From: an uncultured Rhizobiaceae bacterium
GTDB lineage: Bacteria > Pseudomonadota > Alphaproteobacteria > Rhizobiales > Rhizobiaceae
Reading direction: 5' to 3'
NCBI GenBank assembly: GCA_951813045.1
Contig: CATOTF010000001.1
Location: 287,956 to 351,955, forward strand
DNA: 64,000 bases
Notes under the pieces: model-generated
What the model saw: only the letters and a program-made list of their open reading frames with translations
Databases searched by the model: none
What the model was told of the DNA's origin: nothing
Shown: piece after piece, positions 38,945 to 47,323 of the stretch
Layout of the letters: every line of letters starts with the position of its first letter
How positions within the stretch are numbered: position 1 is the stretch's first letter
Translations under genes and position numbers: made by a program

Positions 38945-40591
38945 TTAATTACTGACCGGTTTTGCTGCTTTATTTGGTACTTCTGAAATGCAACTGTTAA
39001 TTACGTCCCACATCAATTCGGGGTGTGAAGCGGCTGCAAGGTGACAGCCTTCCTTTAGAACCGTAACGTCTGCTGACGGGTGATTAGTCGCAAATTTTCG
39101 GATCAAATCCTGATGGGTAAATATGTCATTTGGCCCATGGAGAAAGTGGATCGACAGATGTTCCGGGACCTCACGCAGAACTGCTTCTTGTGATCGTGAT
39201 GCCAGACGAAAGTCGCCTGCAATGCCCAGTGGAGAATTTCTATGCAAGGCTTGGTACCAATCAAAACATTGGCCAGCACCGTATTTCCCATTGAGCACAC
39301 CAACGTCAATCTCGCAGCCCTTGAACAATCGTCTCAAAACGAATTTTGTCGCTTGCTTGTTTGAAAATGTTGTTTTCTGGAACTGCCGAACGAGGGTGTC
39401 GTAAATGTCGGTTTCTCCGGCTAATTTCCTGATACCTCCAAAAAAACTCGATGAAAACGACCGGGAATCAGAATTTATCTTCATCAAATTGATAGATGGA
39501 ATAATAATCTTGCTGAATAAATCGCCATCTAATTTTGCTATCAGCATTGCATAAAAACCGCCGGTGGCATGACCCACAACCGGAATGGGCTTTGGGCATA
39601 CCTGTTTGACAAAGAGTGTTAAATCTTCGACCGTTTTCTCTATCATACCACCGTCGAGATGAACGTCACTATAGGTTTGATTATCCAGATATCCACCTCG
39701 GATGGGCGCAATTAGCCGCAGCTTGTGTTGCTCAAGTTGTGCTTTTGCATTCAGCAATAAAATGGGAAACAGATACCCGTGGATCAGCAGAACGGGAGTG
39801 CCGTCCTGAGGACCTAATTCCCAATACCGCATCAATCGGCCGTTGGACAAACGTTGCGCCGACAGTTTGATATAGTTTCCGAGAAAATCCGTTGTGAACT
39901 TCTCAGTCGCATCCATATGAGACGTTTCCGCTTCACACAGATACAGAATGTGAATCATTTGACCCATTAACAGGCGCACGATTTCCAACTGACCGGTGCA
40001 GTGCAGTTTCGAAGACGCCTTCTTTAATTGCGAGCGCTTGGTTTCTACTGAAACATTATCTGCAACCGCTGCTTCGCCGGGTCCAAAACCCATCATTAAT
40101 TGATAAACCATGCGTTGTTCGGCGGCGGTCAGGTTTGCTGTTGAATTGAACAGGCGCAATATTTCAAAGAACAGTTCTTCTGTTACGAGAATTAATCGAC
40201 GAAGCGTCGTGGGCAACTCTGTGCTGGTTGCTGGCGTATACGGAATGCACCAAATAAAACCATTTGTGCCGTGTGTCGGGGTTAATCTGCCGGCATGAAG
40301 CCCATTGTCAGCGGCATCTTCCACAATGCCGGAAACGTCGTCATCGGTTTTATCGAATATAAGTCGTGATGACATGGAATCGATATTGGAGACGCCGCCC
40401 CGAACAAATCTGCCATCAAGTTGAAATTCCGCCCAACATAGGCTGCTGATGATCCGTGTATCATTGCGAAGATAACGTGAAACAACCTCGCGGCTCGAAA
40501 TAACCGCTTCATCAGAAGGGACTAATGAAAAAACCTCCTCAACAGTCTCCTGGAGAGATTTATCACTATCACGCACCGTATATTGCCCCAT
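38945..40591 (-). CDS. Fusion protein: unknown N-domain, LuxR-type HTH and alpha/beta-hydrolase fold with the nucleophile Ser replaced by Ala
   Basis: Likely start at ATG 40591 (GAGGA 7 nt upstream); the alternative start is 40642. The HTH is LTAAEQRMVYQLMMGFGPGEAAVADNVSVETKRSQLKKASSKL. The hydrolase part has LLIHGY, the elbow VVGHATGGFY instead of GHSxGG, then GPNDIF and EGCHLAAASHPE. The hydrolase-coding half is visibly AT-rich; 60-nt spot counts are about 28-37% GC, against 50-55% in flanking operons. Confidence 0.7.
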   Translation of the reverse strand: MGQYTVRDSDKSLQETVEEVFSLVPSDEAVISSREVVSRYLRNDTRIISSLCWAEFQLDGRFVRGGVSNIDSMSSRLIFDKTDDDVSGIVEDAADNGLHAGRLTPTHGTNGFIWCIPYTPATSTELPTTLRRLILVTEELFFEILRLFNSTANLTAAEQRMVYQLMMGFGPGEAAVADNVSVETKRSQLKKASSKLHCTGQLEIVRLLMGQMIHILYLCEAETSHMDATEKFTTDFLGNYIKLSAQRLSNGRLMRYWELGPQDGTPVLLIHGYLFPILLLNAKAQLEQHKLRLIAPIRGGYLDNQTYSDVHLDGGMIEKTVEDLTLFVKQVCPKPIPVVGHATGGFYAMLIAKLDGDLFSKIIIPSINLMKINSDSRSFSSSFFGGIRKLAGETDIYDTLVRQFQKTTFSNKQATKFVLRRLFKGCEIDVGVLNGKYGAGQCFDWYQALHRNSPLGIAGDFRLASRSQEAVLREVPEHLSIHFLHGPNDIFTHQDLIRKFATNHPSADVTVLKEGCHLAAASHPELMWDVINSCISEVPNKAAKPVSN

Positions 40592-40639
40592 TAAAATCCT
40601 CAACCAGGGGCATCCTAATAGAAAAAATACGAACTCAAA

Positions 40640-40653
40640 CACCCATATGGGTG
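40640..40653. promoter_or_regulatory. Perfect 14-bp palindrome CACCCATATGGGTG in the divergent regulator/autotransporter intergenic region
   Basis: Read directly from the sequence. It lies 49 nt upstream of the preferred regulator start and 130 nt upstream of the autotransporter start. Confidence 0.3.
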
Positions 40654-40782
40654 ATGCGAATCAATCTCATCACTTCTAAGCTTGAAACATAAATGGACAG
40701 TTTAGGTTGCTGTTGAACTTGTTGGTGAACAAAGCAGTAAATAAGCGCCAGAGCCATTGGGATTTCTAGGGGATTATTTGAA

Positions 40783-42882
40783 ATGTATTGCCAGTCGATT
40801 GAACTGAAGGAAATCTTCAGATCAAGAAGAGCGCTTTTACTGTCAGCCAGTGTTTTGGCCATTACAACGGGGTTAGTGGGTTCAAATCAGGCCTCGGCTC
40901 AATGTATACCGGTGGGATCAACGCTGACCTGTACGGGAGATTTATCCGGCGGCTTTGAAGATAACGATCTAACAATTGACCGTATCGAAGTGCTGAACCT
41001 TACAAGTGATTTCGGTAGGAACGGGTTAACTTTCCGAAATCCCGACAATGTCGATATTACCGTTGACGCAAACCTTGGTGCGTTTTCAATCAATCATGGT
41101 GACATTGCCACTTTTCGGAATTTCCGCAATGGGTTCAACATTCGGACAGGTGGCGGGATTCAAGGGTCACTTATTGGGGATATTAATGGGGCTGATCCAG
41201 GGCAGGTTCAAAGTTTTGGGACCAACACGTTCTTAAACAATTTTGGCTCACTGGGGCTTGATGCCGGCGGTGCAATCAACTTCACCCATACAGGCGATAT
41301 TAACGTTGAACGATTTGACACACGCGTCTTAAGAGACACAGCGCAGACTGCAACCGGCAGGTTCGGTGCGATACGCGCCGAGGCTGATACGGGCGATGTT
41401 TCCCTTACCAACATTGGCAATATCGGTATTGATGGTGGTCAACGTACCGTCGCGTCACTTGATTTTGGTAGCGACAATATTGAAGTTCAAGCTGTACAGT
41501 TTAGTAATCAGTTTTCGGAACATTCTGGTATTTTTATCCAGGGTGACAACGCCCTAACGCTGCGCCAAGACGGAGACATAACAACGACCGGCGGCGGAGC
41601 AAACGCATCTGGGGAGACCCGCGAAGCTGAAACTGGTGATGTAGTTGACGCCCGGGCAGATGGCTCTCGCGGTGCCGGAGTTTCAATTGTTCGTTTCACA
41701 AGGCGCGACGGCGTTATAGATACAACTCTGCCAGATCTCGATAATGTTTCAGTTGATATAAATGGTGATGTTACAGTCACGCAGGGAGACATCGTAAGCA
41801 CAGCGCGCGCAACCAGTGGTGTAGGAGCGAACGATATTGGGACGGCCGTCGCCATCACCAACCAACGATCGTCACTGATTGGGGTTCAGATCACAAATGG
41901 CTCAGAAATAGATGTATCTATAGACGGCAACGTCAACGTGACGGGTGGAAATGGAACTGCTCAGGCAACAACTGTTTCCAACGATGGCATGACACGTGGA
42001 TTTACCCATGCCAATGCGCGTGGTGTTTTTGCAACCGGGGTCAACGTGCGCCCCGACACACGAGAGGCGACAGATCCAAGAAACGCAGAGCTTGCGATTG
42101 AGGGTAACGTTACGGTAAAGGGCGGCGATGCCATGGCGCGCGTTGATGGGAATGCCGTGCCTGAAATCAATACTCTCATTTCAGATATTCCCAATTTCAC
42201 CCCGTCAAATGCCTTGGTGGCATCGGGCGGCAGTGCTAGCGGTATAACCTTCACGGGTCAGTTATTTTCCATTGATGGTGAGATTAATGCCAATGGTGGC
42301 GCAGCGACTGGTTTTGTTGACGGACTGGGACTTTCGGGATTGGTCACAGGCGGTAGTGCCAATGCATTGAACATTTTTCTTGGGGCCACCGATCTGTCAA
42401 TGGTTGGGAATATTACCAGCACATCAAACGGAGGCGACGCCGAATTGAGTTTGACCGGAAGTGATGGAACCGGCATCGCCCGAGGTGGTGGATCAACCGG
42501 TTCAGTTTTCGCCGGTACAGGAACGCATACGCAAACAGCACGCCTTACCTCAATTGGAGGAAACGCTATTGTCACCGGTGCAGGTAATGCTGCAGCGGCG
42601 GGAGGGACTGCAACCGGGTATGTTGTATTTGATGGTGCCGATGATCCCACATTTATGTCCATAAACCAGGCTGACATATCTGTAATAGGCGGGAATGCAA
42701 CTAATTCCACGAATGGTGTGGCTACTGGTGGTGCAGCGACAGGAATTATTATCCAGATCGGCCGGGAATCAATCGCTAACATGCGCAACGATCAGGCCAT
42801 TACTGCAATTGGCGGTGATGCTGTTCGAATGGGAACTGCAACAGAGGATCAAACAACACGTGGGGGGGCGCGATCGGAGTGA
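40783..42882 (+). CDS. Autotransporter passenger, N-terminal segment with signal peptide (frame A of a split gene)
   Basis: 699-aa ORF with an extended signal peptide (RRALLLSASVLAITTGLVGSNQASA). The sequence is Gly/Thr/Asn/Asp-rich and repetitive, consistent with a beta-helix. It has no beta-barrel domain and ends 14 nt after a G7 tract. Confidence 0.7.
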   Translation: MYCQSIELKEIFRSRRALLLSASVLAITTGLVGSNQASAQCIPVGSTLTCTGDLSGGFEDNDLTIDRIEVLNLTSDFGRNGLTFRNPDNVDITVDANLGAFSINHGDIATFRNFRNGFNIRTGGGIQGSLIGDINGADPGQVQSFGTNTFLNNFGSLGLDAGGAINFTHTGDINVERFDTRVLRDTAQTATGRFGAIRAEADTGDVSLTNIGNIGIDGGQRTVASLDFGSDNIEVQAVQFSNQFSEHSGIFIQGDNALTLRQDGDITTTGGGANASGETREAETGDVVDARADGSRGAGVSIVRFTRRDGVIDTTLPDLDNVSVDINGDVTVTQGDIVSTARATSGVGANDIGTAVAITNQRSSLIGVQITNGSEIDVSIDGNVNVTGGNGTAQATTVSNDGMTRGFTHANARGVFATGVNVRPDTREATDPRNAELAIEGNVTVKGGDAMARVDGNAVPEINTLISDIPNFTPSNALVASGGSASGITFTGQLFSIDGEINANGGAATGFVDGLGLSGLVTGGSANALNIFLGATDLSMVGNITSTSNGGDAELSLTGSDGTGIARGGGSTGSVFAGTGTHTQTARLTSIGGNAIVTGAGNAAAAGGTATGYVVFDGADDPTFMSINQADISVIGGNATNSTNGVATGGAATGIIIQIGRESIANMRNDQAITAIGGDAVRMGTATEDQTTRGGARSE
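42862..42868 (+). repeat. Homopolymeric G7 tract at the junction of the two autotransporter reading frames
   Basis: The sequence tgggggggcg lies inside the 64-nt window (42819-42882) where both frames are open. Confidence 0.95.
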
Positions 42883-45566
42883 CCGCAGTCACATTCGTTT
42901 CAAATGGCAGTGAAACGGTTACAGTGGAGAACTCAAATTCAATTACCGCCCGAGGCGGAGCGGGAACAGATTTACGTGGGGCGGCAGTCGGTATTTCCTC
43001 TGTAGATGCTCTATTTGGATCCGGGATGCAATCCGATGGTATCGTTCGCGTAACAGGCACAATTATTGCCGATGGTGAGGGAACTGATAACGACTTAACC
43101 GGGGCGCAGTCGGAATCAACGGGTGTGATTGTAAACCACTCCGGAACATCGACATTGCAAGTGGATGGCGGCACTGTCACTGCAACCGGTAATCACACTC
43201 ATGGACTTTCCACATCGTCAGTTTCAGCCAATATAACGTTGGAAAACGGAGCCCAGGTTTCAACTGTGGGTACAGATGCCCATGGCATTTTGATAACACC
43301 AAACACTGCGTTTTTTTCCAGTGACGGATCGCAGTTCAGAGCTGCAACCACGAGTATTCGGATTGACGACGGTTCAACGTTGACGAGCACCGGTGGAACC
43401 GGGATTTTTGACAATGGCAATACGACAGAGCGTGTAGACGACGGAACCGGTAATTTTGTATCGCAACTCCGCGAGGCTGATAATGCCACAACCGTGGACC
43501 TCGCGGGCGCCATCGCTGGTGGTAGCGGCATGGCAATTGACCTTGGGAATGGGGAAGACGCACTGATATTGCGCTCCACCGGGGATGTTACTGGAAATGT
43601 GACCTTGGGTAGCGGTGACGACATGTTCAGTTTCGAAGAAGGATTTACAACGACAGGCCGAATTAGCGGTGGAGATGGTAACGATATAATTGACGCAACC
43701 GTCGATCCTAATACGATCCGTGTGCTCGATTTTCAAGCACTTCCCGTCGATGACTTTGAAACCATCGCCAAAACAGGTGCCGGAACACTCAATATCCAAG
43801 GTCCGGGTATTTCGGGTCCGGCGCTTCTTCAGGCTGATGGTGGCCTTTCGCAAGTTTTGTCGGACCAGATAGACCTTAATATCGAAGTAAATTCCGGGGC
43901 AATCGTTTCAACCGATAATCGAGTTGGTGATGTTACGACACTGGGTACCGGTCGATTTCAAGGGACCGGTACGACCGCGAGTGTCAACAACAATGGTGTT
44001 CTTGCACCCGGCAACTCAATCGGGGCAATTGATGTCACAGGTGATCTGGCCTTGAATGCGGGGGGTACATTTGATGTGGAAATTATGTCGGATAACACGT
44101 CCGATCTGATCAATGTTGCTGGCGACGTGTTCTTGGGCGGCAATCTCCAAGTGACCGCACTTGGTGCGCTGACAGGGTTTTCCACGGCTAATCAATTTAC
44201 CATCATTGATGCTGCCGGGGGGATACCGGGTTCATTCTCCAATGTAGACGGCACTGGTTTACTTGATTCCACGGCTGAAAATCTGCCTGATCTCAATATT
44301 CAAGCCAATGTCGTACCAGATTCGGACGGTGGCGAAGAGTTGCAGCTTAACCTCGTGGCTATCGGTGCAACTCCCCCTGTTGACCCGCCGGTCGAACCCC
44401 CCGTTATGCCGCCTGTTGAACCTCCCGTCACACCACCTGTTCAACCCCCTATCGAGCCACCGGTTTTACCTCCTGTCGCTCCACTATCTGACGTCTCCGA
44501 CAAATCCATACATCCCAATGCGGTATTAGCGGGTGCGGATGTTGGGCGTGATTTCACCGATATCATGCAGCGTCGCACACGGATTGGCGGTGCATCAGGA
44601 GCGCAGGTGGCTTCCTTTGCATTCGATCTTTCCGGATCGGTGGTCGCCGTTGGCCAGAATACCGAGGCTGCATTGAATACGAATGGCAATGCCCGCCATG
44701 TTGAAGGCTTTTCGATATGGACGTCCGGCATCAGTGCCTTTCGTGATGTTGACAATAGTGGCGCGATCACCGGTTTTGACGCGACAACCGGCGGCTTTTT
44801 GATTGGCGTTGACCGCACCTTTGTGAGCGCTACCGCAACATATCAGTTTGGCGTCTCAAGCGGTTATTCAGTAACTGATGTCGATTCCGGCCCTTCGTCG
44901 GCCGATGTTGATACGTTTCATATTGGCGCATACGCCCGGATTGAAGCCGGGGCCCTGCTGGCATCCGCCGCTTTTGCTTACGGCTCTCAGGACTATGAGT
45001 TTGATCGCGTCATCCAGCTTGGTGGCGGCGCCACAGCGGTTGCGAGTGGCGATGCGGATGGGGATGTATTCTCTTTTTCCGCAGCCGCCTCTTATGACAT
45101 TGCACCAATGCTCGGGATTGACCGTGGAGGCAAGTTCCGTTTCGCTCCGCTGGTTCGGTTCGACCATGCTGATGTAAGCAGAGATGCTTTCACCGAGACG
45201 GGCGCTGGCATTTTGAACCTGACGACTGCGGAGGACAATTTCAACCGCACTTGGGGATCAATCGGACTAGAGATGTCCGGCACGGTGGAGACCAGCGCCG
45301 GCATGGTGGTGAACCCGTTCCTGGAATTTCGTTATGAGCGGGCATTAAACGACCCGGTCAATTCGACAAGTTCAGCAATTGCCGGCGTAGCGGGAGCGAA
45401 TTTCACCGCGCTTTCAGCCTCACCAGATCGTAATTCTTTTGCTGTAGGCACTGGGATTAGTGCAAAGCTGACCGATATGATTGAGGCCAATGTTCGCTAC
45501 GACGGTACATTCTCAGGTAATTTTGAAACCCACCGCGCAAGCGGAGGTATAACGATTAGGTTTTGA
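42879..45566 (+). CDS. Autotransporter passenger C-terminal part plus outer-membrane beta-barrel translocator (frame B of the split gene)
   Basis: 895-aa ORF with only a GTG start and no signal peptide. It has the junction region NNNGVLAPGNSIGAIDVTGDLALNAGGTFDVEI, a Pro-rich linker and a C-terminal barrel ending GGITIRF (aromatic terminal residue). Confidence 0.8.
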   Translation: MTAVTFVSNGSETVTVENSNSITARGGAGTDLRGAAVGISSVDALFGSGMQSDGIVRVTGTIIADGEGTDNDLTGAQSESTGVIVNHSGTSTLQVDGGTVTATGNHTHGLSTSSVSANITLENGAQVSTVGTDAHGILITPNTAFFSSDGSQFRAATTSIRIDDGSTLTSTGGTGIFDNGNTTERVDDGTGNFVSQLREADNATTVDLAGAIAGGSGMAIDLGNGEDALILRSTGDVTGNVTLGSGDDMFSFEEGFTTTGRISGGDGNDIIDATVDPNTIRVLDFQALPVDDFETIAKTGAGTLNIQGPGISGPALLQADGGLSQVLSDQIDLNIEVNSGAIVSTDNRVGDVTTLGTGRFQGTGTTASVNNNGVLAPGNSIGAIDVTGDLALNAGGTFDVEIMSDNTSDLINVAGDVFLGGNLQVTALGALTGFSTANQFTIIDAAGGIPGSFSNVDGTGLLDSTAENLPDLNIQANVVPDSDGGEELQLNLVAIGATPPVDPPVEPPVMPPVEPPVTPPVQPPIEPPVLPPVAPLSDVSDKSIHPNAVLAGADVGRDFTDIMQRRTRIGGASGAQVASFAFDLSGSVVAVGQNTEAALNTNGNARHVEGFSIWTSGISAFRDVDNSGAITGFDATTGGFLIGVDRTFVSATATYQFGVSSGYSVTDVDSGPSSADVDTFHIGAYARIEAGALLASAAFAYGSQDYEFDRVIQLGGGATAVASGDADGDVFSFSAAASYDIAPMLGIDRGGKFRFAPLVRFDHADVSRDAFTETGAGILNLTTAEDNFNRTWGSIGLEMSGTVETSAGMVVNPFLEFRYERALNDPVNSTSSAIAGVAGANFTALSASPDRNSFAVGTGISAKLTDMIEANVRYDGTFSGNFETHRASGGITIRF
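44373..44483 (+). repeat. Tandem 12-nt coding repeat, about 9 copies of PPVx (PPVDPPVEPPVMPPVEPPVTPPVQPPIEPPVLPPVAP)
   Basis: Read from the translation of frame B. It lies between the passenger and the translocator domain. Confidence 0.85.
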
Positions 45567-45769
45567 AGGTGAACGGGCCCTTGAGTGACGACATATCAAC
45601 AGCTAACGGACAGCACAAAATAGGGGGTCAAGCGCGTTTCTATGAACCGAGTTAAACGAAACTCGCATTGAAACATCGAAATGTTCATCGCGGTCAGTAT
45701 GTTCCATTTTGATAAGTCAATAATGAATCATCGAGTTTGATGTGTGAGAGGACGAATATAAGTAATGCA

Positions 45770-46195
45770 ACCAAGACTGAGGAAAAGAATACTGACGCGC
45801 TGGCGAACACGCAGGAAAAATCAGTAAACAGCGCCGCCGAAGGCGCTACTGCGGAGGTTGATGCCGAAGCGGTAAAAAAAGTAAGCGTACTGCGCGCGTA
45901 AGTGCGTGAAAGCTTTGACAAGATCGTCATGGCCATTTGGGCGAGCCGGTCGGATGAAATGGAATCCAAAGTCAAAAACCAGATTAAATCCGGCACATGT
46001 CCCGTACGGCTTGCGACGGAAAACTGGAACTCAGGAACCAACAACTGGTTGTTGGATGTCATCGCGCCGGATTTAAAAACCGCAGAATCAGCCATCGTAA
46101 AATTCAAACAGGTGGTAAGATAGAGTTCCCTGGAATTGCACTCCGTCATCACCCGTCTGGTGGATGATGAAGCATTGAGAACCATGGGCACGGAA
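45770..46195 (+). pseudogene. HlyC/RtxC-family toxin-activating lysine acyltransferase remnant
   Basis: IWASRSDEMESKVKNQIKSG..RLATENWNSGTNNWLLDVIAPDL parallels E. coli HlyC ...CSWANLSLENEIKYL...AEDWTSGDRKWFIDWIAPFG. There is no usable start codon. In-frame stops lie at TAA 45899-45901 and TAG 46121-46123, with protein-like sequence continuing after the TAG (LELHSVITRLVDDEALRTMG). Confidence 0.5.
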
Positions 46196-46439
46196 AAATG
46201 GTGTTATCCCAAAGGAATTTGGATTCGATCCATCTTCAATGTCACAACACATAGATAGAACGGAACTTATTTACTTCCCCAAGGGTCAATGTTAAATTCC
46301 GTTTGTATAAGAGCAAGTTCGACCCCGTGCGCCTGAATTCGCGACCTGTTACAAAATTTAAAAATAAAGCACAGCCGTGACCGGCTAAATGCACGTAGCA
46401 GAACCAACTGAAATCCACCGTCAAAAGGCGGAGTGGTAA

Positions 46440-46724
46440 CAGCAAACTTCGCTGAATTTTTGCGCATGCGGCTCCGACCTCAGTTCCCCAATCACATCTG
46501 AATCTATCCCGGTTCACCGTGGGAATGGATACAACGAACGCATCAACGGAACGCTCCACCACGAAGTCTTAAATACCGGATGGTTCTACACCACCGAACA
46601 GGCCCAGATCGTCATCAATAAATGGATCAGGCGGTACAATCGCATCCGGCCTCATAGGTCCTTGAACATGAGATCGCCGGTACAAGAAACCGTATCAAAA
46701 AGTGGCCCAGACATTGGGAGCTAG
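46440..46724 (+). pseudogene. DDE (rve/integrase-core) transposase C-terminal remnant
   Basis: The hand translation NGYNERINGTLHHEVLNTGWFYTTEQAQIVINKWIRRYNRIRPHRSLNMRSP is the conserved C-terminal end of rve-type transposases. The upstream part is frameshifted (…FAEFLRM…PGSPWE). Confidence 0.55.
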
Positions 46725-47047
46725 ACACGGCATATCTACACGTTTGGTTTGCAGAGTTTGCGCGACTTACCAGAGCTCGAGATTGATCACACGGCATCAA
46801 TTGCAAATTGCAGATGAATAACTCTCTCATCCTGTATAGGGATTTATGAGTATAAGACGCTCAGGATTGGTGGGAAAGTTTCAAACAGGAACGAACAATC
46901 GACACCGATCATACTGACACTGCCAACATGTGTCGCAGACAGGTTGACGTCAGACCTCAAAGATGCCGATGTGAATTATCAATCTGGACTTGTCACGGTT
47001 TAGTTCCGTGTCCTTGAATTGGATTAATCCCATCAAGGAGAACTATT

Positions 47048-47323
47048 ATGGCACGAGGCCACACAGACGAATTCAAGCGTGAAGCGGTGCGTATTGCGCT
47101 GACCAGCGGACTTACCCGGAAACAAGTGGCATCAGATTTGGGGGTCGGCTTTTCGACGTTATCGAAATGGATACAACAATCCCGGCCTGATGACCTTCCA
47201 CCATCGGTTGATATTGATCTGGCCAAAGAGAATGAGCGGCTTCGCAGAGAGGTTCGTCTCCTCACGGAGGAGAGGGAGATATTAAAGAAGGCAACAGTGT
47301 TCTTCGCGGGTCAAAGCAAGTGA
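47048..47323 (+). CDS. IS3-family transposase OrfA (HTH)
   Basis: 91-aa ORF: MARGHTDEFKREAVRIALTSGLTRKQVASDLGVGFSTLSKWI, a leucine-zipper-like region and the ILKKATVFFA end. Confidence 0.88.
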   Translation: MARGHTDEFKREAVRIALTSGLTRKQVASDLGVGFSTLSKWIQQSRPDDLPPSVDIDLAKENERLRREVRLLTEEREILKKATVFFAGQSK

